From: Cyclobacteriaceae bacterium
GTDB taxonomy: Bacteria; Bacteroidota; Bacteroidia; Cytophagales; Cyclobacteriaceae
DNA length: 35,048 bases
Reading direction: 5' to 3'
Assembly: GCA_028289505.1 (NCBI GenBank)
Contig: JANQPK010000218.1
Coordinates: 1 to 35,048, forward strand
Shown: in pieces, positions 26,463 to 33,223 of the stretch
Layout: each line of letters opens with the position of its first letter
Position numbering within the stretch: position 1 is the stretch's first letter
Made by a program: the position numbers and the translations under genes
Notes under the pieces: model-generated
Databases searched by the model: none
Told to the model about the DNA's origin: nothing
Seen by the model: the letters and a program-made list of their open reading frames with translations, nothing else

Positions 26463-28874
26463 TTATTCACTGCGAAGTGAATTCACAGGATTGGTGAGGG
26501 CAACTTTGATGGATTGGTAACCTACTGTCAACAATGCAATCAATACGGCCATCAAACCACCGGCCAAGAAACTAAATCCCTCAATATTCACTTTGTAGGC
26601 AAATCCTTCCAGCCAGTTTGAAATAAAGAAATAGGCGATAGGAGCAGCTAATACGAATGAAATTGCCACTAATTTGGTAACATCTTTAGACATCAGCATC
26701 ATTACCTGTGCTGCACTAGCCCCCAGTACTTTGCGAATGCTGATTTCTTTGGATCGTTGTTCGGCGGCATATGCTGCCAATCCCAATAATCCAAGGCAGG
26801 CGATGACAATAGCCAATGAGGTAAAAATGACAAATATTCTCAATAAGTTCATCTCGCTTCGATACAACTGATCCAGGTTATCCTCCAAAAATGAATAGGT
26901 CAATGGTGTGTCGGGTGCATACTGCTTCCATTTGGATTCAATTAATTGAATTTGCTCCTGTGGGTTTCCGGGTTCCAATCTTACTGAAATCACATTTCCA
27001 CTACCCAGTATAATGGCCATCGGTCGAATTCGGTTCTTTAAACTTTCGAAATGGTAATCTTTTACCACGCCGATTACATCGAGCATACTTCCTTGGGGAC
27101 CATTGGAGAAAGTGATGATCTTTTGATTTTCATGATTTTCCCAACCAATTGACTTCATGGCGGCTTCATTAAGAATGATTGCTGATGAATCACCGGGAAA
27201 ATCCTCTGAAAAGTATCTTCCGGCATTCATCTCAATACCTAATGTGGCCAGATGTTTAAAGTCAGCCCGGTACCATCGCAGCAGATGGTCTTGTTCATTT
27301 TCTCCCGCCGCCTTGAAGACGGTACTATTGTCGAGCCGGGGGGGTAAAGAGCTGCTGTTACTCACCATTTTAATGCCTTGGTACTGCTCTAGTTCATTTT
27401 GAAAGACTTGTTTATTGGTACCCAACGCATAGGTGTTTTCAACGATGAGCACATTCTCCTGATCAAAACCAAGGTTTCTGGTCTGCATCATGTTCAGTTG
27501 TTTAAATACTATCAGAGTGCTCACGATTAAGCTGATGGAAATGGTGAATTGAAATACCACCAGGACGCTTCTTATGGCACTACTCCTAAACCCTGCTCCA
27601 ATTTTACCTTTTAGCACTTGAGCTGGCTTAAAAGAAGAGAGAAATAGAGAGGGATAGCTCCCGGCAAGTAGGCCAATGAATATGCTCAAGCCTGTAAATA
27701 CTAATATTAAACGTCCGTCTAGTAATGACGAGAAAGAGATTTCTTTGCCAGCGATGGTATTAAAAACGGGTAGCAGAATCGAAATCAAAGCCATTGCCAA
27801 CAGCGTGGATATTAAACTCAGCAGCATCGACTCCGTTAGGAACTGATTGATGAGACCAACTCTAGTAGCACCAGCGGTTTTGCGAACCCCCACTTCCTTA
27901 GCGCGATTTGCAGACCTGGCAGTGGACAAATTCATGAAGTTGATACAAGCAATAACCACAATAAAAATGGCGATAACCCCGAAAATATATAAATAGGTGA
28001 TATCCCCGTTAACTGCTATTTCATCATCCAGCTTAGATCTCAAATGAATGTCGGTTAGGGGTTGCAATGAAAATCCATAATCACCTCCTTGCGCTTTGAA
28101 CTCTGCCAAAGACATTCCCAGGTATTGTTGAATTTCAGGGCCGATATACTTTTCAATGAAGATCTCAAACTTGGCTTCCAGCTCCTTCCAGTTCACCAAG
28201 GGGTTAAGAACCAAGTAGGTGTAGTAGTTATTGCTGGTCCATTCCCCTGTCAAGTCTCCCATTGTCTTCAACGATACAATCAAATCGAAGTCAAAATGAG
28301 CGTTTTTGGGTGGATCGGCAACTAAACCCGATACCTCAAAATTGGTATCACCAACTTTTAATGATTTACCCACCGGGGTTTCATCTCCAACTTTGTAGTC
28401 GAAATACTTTTTAGCCAATGATTCTGTTAATACTACTTTATTGGGATCTTTTAATGCGGTGTGTTTATCGCCTTGTAGCAGCTCAAATGAGAAGACACTG
28501 AAAAAGTTGGAGTCAGCAATCAGTGCATGATTCTCGATGAATGAACGATCATCTACAGCAACCGGTAAATCATCTCGAAAATCCAGCCGGGTAGCTTCTT
28601 CGACTTCAGGAAATTCTGTAACTGCAGTTTGGGCAAACGGCAAGCAACTGGTAGCTAAATGGGTGGCTTGGTCTGATATTTTGGCTCTGGTGGTAACCCT
28701 GAAAATATTATCGGCCTTAGCATGGAAGCGATCATAACTTAATTCATCAGCAATGTAAACTACAATTAGTAAACTTGCTGCGATCCCTACAGTCAATCCC
28801 AGTATATTGATGAAGGCGTAAATCCTTTCCTTCTGCAAGTTTCTAAGCGCGATTTTTAAATAGTTTTTCAGCAT
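26463..28874 (-). CDS. ABC transporter permease, double FtsX/MacB-like (paralog g, separate transcription unit)
   Basis: 803 aa. N-terminus MLKNYLKIALRNLQKER, loops KEVGVRKTAGA and KEISIRKVLGAS, C-terminus NPVNSLRSE. It is convergent with the kinase gene, with a 9-nt gap. Confidence 0.9.
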   Translation of the reverse strand: MLKNYLKIALRNLQKERIYAFINILGLTVGIAASLLIVVYIADELSYDRFHAKADNIFRVTTRAKISDQATHLATSCLPFAQTAVTEFPEVEEATRLDFRDDLPVAVDDRSFIENHALIADSNFFSVFSFELLQGDKHTALKDPNKVVLTESLAKKYFDYKVGDETPVGKSLKVGDTNFEVSGLVADPPKNAHFDFDLIVSLKTMGDLTGEWTSNNYYTYLVLNPLVNWKELEAKFEIFIEKYIGPEIQQYLGMSLAEFKAQGGDYGFSLQPLTDIHLRSKLDDEIAVNGDITYLYIFGVIAIFIVVIACINFMNLSTARSANRAKEVGVRKTAGATRVGLINQFLTESMLLSLISTLLAMALISILLPVFNTIAGKEISFSSLLDGRLILVFTGLSIFIGLLAGSYPSLFLSSFKPAQVLKGKIGAGFRSSAIRSVLVVFQFTISISLIVSTLIVFKQLNMMQTRNLGFDQENVLIVENTYALGTNKQVFQNELEQYQGIKMVSNSSSLPPRLDNSTVFKAAGENEQDHLLRWYRADFKHLATLGIEMNAGRYFSEDFPGDSSAIILNEAAMKSIGWENHENQKIITFSNGPQGSMLDVIGVVKDYHFESLKNRIRPMAIILGSGNVISVRLEPGNPQEQIQLIESKWKQYAPDTPLTYSFLEDNLDQLYRSEMNLLRIFVIFTSLAIVIACLGLLGLAAYAAEQRSKEISIRKVLGASAAQVMMLMSKDVTKLVAISFVLAAPIAYFFISNWLEGFAYKVNIEGFSFLAGGLMAVLIALLTVGYQSIKVALTNPVNSLRSE

Positions 28875-28906
28875 GGTCCTGTCACTTGTGGTTTTGGCAG
28901 GTATAG

Positions 28907-28922
28907 ATCAAGAACTATTCCA
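28907..28922 (-). promoter_or_regulatory. Candidate sigma-54 (-24/-12-like) promoter of permease paralog g
   Basis: The minus strand reads TGGAATAGTTCTTGAT (TGG-N9-TTG, with the -12 C replaced by A). It lies 32 nt upstream of the ATG at 28874 and exactly 42 nt downstream of the dyad pair. This is the same geometry as at 23528-23619. Confidence 0.35.
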
Positions 28923-28964
28923 TTGGTAAAAAGCCTGAAATCATGAAGATTAGGGTTGCTCGAT

Positions 28965-28998
28965 GAACGGTAGCGAACGATATGGTTCGCTAGCGTAC
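28965..28998. promoter_or_regulatory. Two 14-bp dyad sites (GAACGGTAGCGAAC, GTTCGCTAGCGTAC), 20 bp start-to-start; second candidate enhancer
   Basis: This is the same GTTCG-N4-CGWAC-type dyad as at 23586-23619. Here the two sites also form a larger palindrome, TAGCGAAC-N6-GTTCGCTA. Confidence 0.5.
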
Positions 28999-29113
28999 AG
29001 CCATTGCCCATCAAGCGAGCTGAACTCTTTGGTGCCGCCATACCATATCTAATGACTAGAGAGGGCTAAACCTAATTGAAATGTACTATGATTAGAAACT
29101 ACTTAAAGATTAG

Positions 29114-29344
29114 TTAGCGTCCTTTCTGAATATGAGACGGCTGATCATCATACCACTTTTCCTCAAAAGTAGCCGTCGATGCTACTCCATCCTTCAACAC
29201 TCGTATCACCATCCAGATCAGTAAAAAATTCATGATCAGAAAAAGATTGAAAACTACTGCCCAGGTGAAACCCAATACAGGAGTCATGGAGTAGATGCAG
29301 AGCATGATGGTAGTGCCGTAAACAGGAATTTGGATGTTTTTCAT
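29114..29344 (-). CDS. Small hypothetical membrane protein (two predicted TM helices)
   Basis: 76 aa with two hydrophobic segments (TTIMLCIYSMTPVLGFTWAVVF and LFLIMNFLLIWMVI) and a polar tail. It lies downstream of the amine oxidase gene on the same strand. No recognisable family. Confidence 0.4.
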   Translation of the reverse strand: MKNIQIPVYGTTIMLCIYSMTPVLGFTWAVVFNLFLIMNFLLIWMVIRVLKDGVASTATFEEKWYDDQPSHIQKGR

Positions 29345-29424
29345 ATTCTTCTAACAGAATCTGAAGGAATTGGTTTTTCATTTTCTGTATTTCTTTTTTA
29401 GGATCTATCCAATATGCGGGGTAA

Positions 29425-30594
29425 CTACCCTTGTATTTCACTTACCGACCTGATGGCAGAACGAGCTGCGGTATGTACACTACCCCAATCATTTCCAATT
29501 GTGTAGGCGGTTCCCGCAAAAAAGAGCTTATTGGCTACTGATTTTCCCAGAGTCCTGATTCTTCTCCAGTTTTCGTGGTCATTGACATAAGCTCCTTGAG
29601 CAAAAGGTTCATTATTCCAATTCTGTGATATATGGTTGATGTAATTTGCGGATGCCTGACCTGCAAATATTCCATCAAGTTCTTCTAACATATATTCAAT
29701 TAATGCTTTGTCCGATAATTGTCGATAGGGAAGGGTTCCTGAACCCACAGTGAATAGACCTAAAACCTGCCGCGTTGAGTTTTGTCCATATGAGGCATCG
29801 TAATATAACTTCTGTCCTGCAGTCTGAGGCTTGATATTAAATCCTACCGCAGCGGGATAAAACTTTTCTGAAAACTCAATAAAAGCTTTAAAGCCATCCC
29901 AAACCGTGACCTTGCTGATGGCATTCAATTTGTCATTAGGCAATGGTGGTGTAAATGAAATAGCACCATTTTGTAATATTTTTACCGGAGCGGTAATGAT
30001 GATTTTGTCAGCTGTAAATGCTTCATCTATGGTATTAACCAAGACTTTATCCTGGGAATAATCGATAGCTTCTACCACCTGATTGAATTTTATTTTAGCC
30101 TGTATAGAGGGGATAATATATTGTTCGAAAAAATCCAACCAGGATGAGTCAATAAACTTCTGGTCAATTTTAAATCCCAATTTTCTTATGGAAACCTTTC
30201 TTCCTTCATACCACCCGAAATCAACATTGGTATGGTAAGATTTGGTTTTAGTAGTGATCTTAATGGCAGGATCGTTCACGATTTCCTTAAAAATATCACG
30301 CTTAACATGTAGCCATTCTGCTCCCAGTGGAACAGGAAAATCCACAAAATCTAAGGTTCTTTTCATTCTGCCTCCGTAGACTGGGGAGGCCTCTATAATT
30401 TGAAAGTCAATACCTTGTTGATTCAGTAAATGTCCTGCGGTCAGTCCAGCAGCACCTGCACCTATGATCAATACATCACCTTTGAAATCAGTGGTATTGC
30501 CATAGTGTGCAGACTTACCAGAAGCCAAGCTTGCTTGAAAGGGAATACTCAATCCCAAAAGACCGCATATCTTGACAAACTCTTTCCTGGTCAT
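29425..30594 (-). CDS. Flavin-containing amine oxidase family NAD(P)/FAD-dependent oxidoreductase with N-terminal signal-like sequence
   Basis: The dinucleotide-binding motif is DVLIIGAGAAGLTAGHLL...IIEASPVYGGRM, and the C-terminal amine-oxidase signature is LFFAGTAY...GSVHTAARSA. The N-terminus MTRKEFVKICGLLGLSIPFQASLASG resembles a Tat/Sec signal. Confidence 0.8.
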   Translation of the reverse strand: MTRKEFVKICGLLGLSIPFQASLASGKSAHYGNTTDFKGDVLIIGAGAAGLTAGHLLNQQGIDFQIIEASPVYGGRMKRTLDFVDFPVPLGAEWLHVKRDIFKEIVNDPAIKITTKTKSYHTNVDFGWYEGRKVSIRKLGFKIDQKFIDSSWLDFFEQYIIPSIQAKIKFNQVVEAIDYSQDKVLVNTIDEAFTADKIIITAPVKILQNGAISFTPPLPNDKLNAISKVTVWDGFKAFIEFSEKFYPAAVGFNIKPQTAGQKLYYDASYGQNSTRQVLGLFTVGSGTLPYRQLSDKALIEYMLEELDGIFAGQASANYINHISQNWNNEPFAQGAYVNDHENWRRIRTLGKSVANKLFFAGTAYTIGNDWGSVHTAARSAIRSVSEIQG

Positions 30595-30677
30595 AATTGG
30601 TAATATACATTTATTTGCCCCATATCCCTTGGATGAGGCACTACACCAGCTCAGATGATATTAATCATCAGTTCTAA

Positions 30678-31808
30678 GTGTTAAGTTCATCACCTTTATC
30701 AACCTATAAAAAGGTTCTATCTGAAGTGATCAATACCAGAAGCATAATAAAGAGATGGGCGTTATTCGTATTGGCCTGGACCCTGATCGTTTATTTTTAT
30801 TGCGCCCTAACCATCTTCGGATTGAAGCCATTCTTTCTTCAAAGTCCACTCACGGAATATTTTTATTCGGGATTCGTTCATTTGGAGGTCTTCCTGACCG
30901 GATTGATTTTCGGGACCCTGTTTGAATTTGTCAATTCCATAACTGATTATTCCGGTTTTAGAAAAAAGCCTTTTGGTTTTATCATTTTAATTAAAAGTGT
31001 GCTTTATTTCGTTTCACTGGTAATATGTTTCGTGATCGTTTTTGCACTTTTCTATTACCTTGAAATCCTTTCACCTGAGCATCTTGCTTTCTTCAGACAG
31101 AAAATGTTGACCTTCCGATTTCTGGTCCCCATTGTGGCCTACTTCTCTTTCTTCATCGTTTTGATATACTTTATTATCGTGGTCAATAAAAAATTTGGGC
31201 CTGGTGTTTTAGTTGACCTTCTCAGAGGAAAATACTATCACCCCCGGGAAGAACAATTGATCCTGCTTTTCATTGATCTTAAGGGCTCCACTACTATTGC
31301 AGAAAGTATGGGTCATGAAAAGTACAGCCAATTCTTAAGAGAGTGTGTCCAGCTGCTAACCCCGGTGCTGATTAAGAACCAGGCCAAGGTTTATCAATAT
31401 GTTGGAGATGAGATCGTGCTTCACTGGAAAATAGAGGAGGGGCTTGAACGATTGAAGTGTCTTGATACTTTCTTTGAATTCAGGAAAAGAATAGACCAAC
31501 GCAAAGAACATTTCCAAAATAAGTATGGAGTGTATCCTGAATTTAAAGCTGGCATGGATACAGGAGAAGTGACCATCACCGAGATCGGAGACATAAAACG
31601 CGAGATTGCTTTTCATGGTGATGTACTGAACACGGCATCTCGGCTTGAAAAGGAATGTAATAAATATGGAAAGTGGCTATTGGTGACTGAGAACCTTATG
31701 GATAAAATCACAACTGACAATGGGTATCAATTTGAATTCTTGGATGATATCCTGTTAAAGGGTAAGCAGAAAAGGGTTAAGTTTTTTGCGGTGAGTCATT
31801 CAAGTTGA
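30678..31808 (+). CDS. Membrane-anchored class III nucleotidyl (adenylate/guanylate-type) cyclase
   Basis: About 170 aa containing about six hydrophobic helices, then the cyclase catalytic domain: LLFIDLKGSTTIAE (metal Asp), YVGDEIVL (second Asp) and FHGDVLNTASRLE (Asn/Arg). The track start is GTG; a GTG 15 codons downstream is an alternative. Confidence 0.85.
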   Translation: MLSSSPLSTYKKVLSEVINTRSIIKRWALFVLAWTLIVYFYCALTIFGLKPFFLQSPLTEYFYSGFVHLEVFLTGLIFGTLFEFVNSITDYSGFRKKPFGFIILIKSVLYFVSLVICFVIVFALFYYLEILSPEHLAFFRQKMLTFRFLVPIVAYFSFFIVLIYFIIVVNKKFGPGVLVDLLRGKYYHPREEQLILLFIDLKGSTTIAESMGHEKYSQFLRECVQLLTPVLIKNQAKVYQYVGDEIVLHWKIEEGLERLKCLDTFFEFRKRIDQRKEHFQNKYGVYPEFKAGMDTGEVTITEIGDIKREIAFHGDVLNTASRLEKECNKYGKWLLVTENLMDKITTDNGYQFEFLDDILLKGKQKRVKFFAVSHSS

Positions 31809-31832
31809 TAACGGGAGATAATACGGTTGCTA

Positions 31833-33077
31833 TTAGAATATTGGATGGTTAGAGAGGTATGTGCTGTAAATCATGATAAAGGCAAATGCCAATACCGCTA
31901 ATGTGATACCGAACATAAAGATGTTATAAGAGACTTTGACCAAATGATATTTCCTTCTTAGCACTAAACCCAGGTTGTAAAGGTCGATCGACATATTTTC
32001 GTACAATAGGTGATTATCTGCTCTTAATAGCTCCATATCAGACAGATATCGTTCCAACGGCAGTTGGGTAAAATTACCAAAGAAAAGGATGCTGCTTTTT
32101 CTTTGAATAAGATCGATATCCGGTGATATATTATGGGTGATATTGGGCTTCGCCGATTGAATAGCAAATATCAAAGAACCCAGGCATGATAGCAGTAAAA
32201 TGGCAATGGGAATACCGAATCTAAAATATTCTATCCCGGAATTGCCTAAAAATGCCAAACCAGAACCTATTATGGCCACGATACTAGATAGAATAATGCT
32301 GTTTAGACTCAACATCATATTAGCTTTATTGTCTGCAATTGCGCTAAGGTTAACGTGATTTCGATAGGTGACGCGATACATGGTTTCTGTACCTCTGCCA
32401 GTTTTTTCAACTAGCGAATCCCTGTTCCTGTTTTTATAAAGCTTCTTCAACCTCGATTGCTGCTTTTCGATGTTTTTGACTCGCCGTGGTCCCAACCAAT
32501 TTTGCGCTGCTGTGGTCAAGAAGTTGGATTTGGTTAAGAAATCGAGCTGCACATGCTCCCATTTTTCATCGGTAAATGATTGATTAAGTACGGCCTGCCA
32601 TTCATTGCGTAACAATTGACCCTGATCAAAGAAGCTTTTCTTTCCAGTATTTAGAATACCAGCATCGTGCAGGATCTTTTTCAGCAGCGTATCTGGTTGG
32701 CTTTCTACCCGGGTAGAAAGAATTAATTCTGATATTATACTTTTTCTGGCATTAGAAACTTCCCTGGTAGACAGGTAGTCTTCAGCCATGCGGACACTTT
32801 CTATTTCATGGCCAGAATAGGTAAAGCAATAGCCGGTGTCTTGAAACCAAGCTGCTATCAATAGATTCTCCAGGTCCTCACCGGTCAGAGAATAGTGCTC
32901 TGCTATTCTGGTACAGGCTGCCGCTAGCTGTGAGGTATGCTGGTAGTTGTGATATGAATAATCTTTCGAAAGCCTGGTGTGAAGCAATTCTTTCACATAG
33001 GAGGCAACCTGATCCAGCAACCCGGGAGTGGTATGCTGCAGATTTACCGTTTTGTTCTGTATTTCTTCACCAGTCAT
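31833..33077 (-). CDS. HD-domain protein fused to a Pycsar-effector-like (DUF5706/PycTM-type) transmembrane domain
   Basis: The N-terminus is HD-like (YHNYQHT...AAWFQDTGY...ILHDAG). From about residue 235 the C-terminal half has the SAIADNKANMML helix, two TM helices, the SSILFFGNF segment and a final TM helix. From memory this is the layout of DUF5706 / Pycsar TM effectors; it was not verified by search. Confidence 0.65.
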   Translation of the reverse strand: MTGEEIQNKTVNLQHTTPGLLDQVASYVKELLHTRLSKDYSYHNYQHTSQLAAACTRIAEHYSLTGEDLENLLIAAWFQDTGYCFTYSGHEIESVRMAEDYLSTREVSNARKSIISELILSTRVESQPDTLLKKILHDAGILNTGKKSFFDQGQLLRNEWQAVLNQSFTDEKWEHVQLDFLTKSNFLTTAAQNWLGPRRVKNIEKQQSRLKKLYKNRNRDSLVEKTGRGTETMYRVTYRNHVNLSAIADNKANMMLSLNSIILSSIVAIIGSGLAFLGNSGIEYFRFGIPIAILLLSCLGSLIFAIQSAKPNITHNISPDIDLIQRKSSILFFGNFTQLPLERYLSDMELLRADNHLLYENMSIDLYNLGLVLRRKYHLVKVSYNIFMFGITLAVLAFAFIMIYSTYLSNHPIF

Positions 33078-33223
33078 AAGCTAATAGGTTCCTAGTAATC
33101 AGTAGGAAGACTGAGAATGTCAATAAAGGTAAATCAGTATCTAATTCCCATGAATTATATCATCCATGAAACATGATTGATGTCATGAAATGTTGCCTAG
33201 CTCCCACATTTTAAATCGGATTT

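Noticed and set aside
6861-28737. About 40 short ORFs (60-126 aa), off-frame or antisense within the permease, ATPase, adaptor, regulator and kinase genes (e.g. 9375..9635 +, 13562..13837 +, 16643..16921 -, 17819..18133 +, 19572..19874 +, 23882..24199 -)
   Set aside because: Each lies entirely within a long, motif-supported CDS. Several look alike only because they mirror the conserved FtsX loop regions of the paralogs. There is no independent coding evidence.
6059-28874. Permease array considered as a DNA-level tandem repeat, mobile element or recent amplification
   Set aside because: The paralogs share protein motifs, but I saw no long near-identical DNA stretches. There are no flanking inverted or direct repeats and no transposase or integrase genes. 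They look like old, diverged duplicates.
28891-28906. Plus-strand TGGCAGGTATAGATCA as a sigma-54 promoter
   Set aside because: It is on the wrong strand for any downstream gene (the next plus-strand gene is 1.8 kb away). It also lacks a TTGC-like -12 element at the right spacing.
28943-29062. Short plus-strand ORFs in the 239-nt gap upstream of permease g (MKIRVAR; a 29-aa ORF starting at 28962)
   Set aside because: They are very short and featureless, and they overlap the dyad sites that better explain conservation of this region.
29163-29441. 92-aa minus-strand ORF overlapping the small membrane-protein ORF and the amine oxidase stop
   Set aside because: Its composition is odd and His-rich, with no hydrophobic core or motifs. 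The alternative 76-aa frame encodes two clean TM helices and is the more plausible gene.
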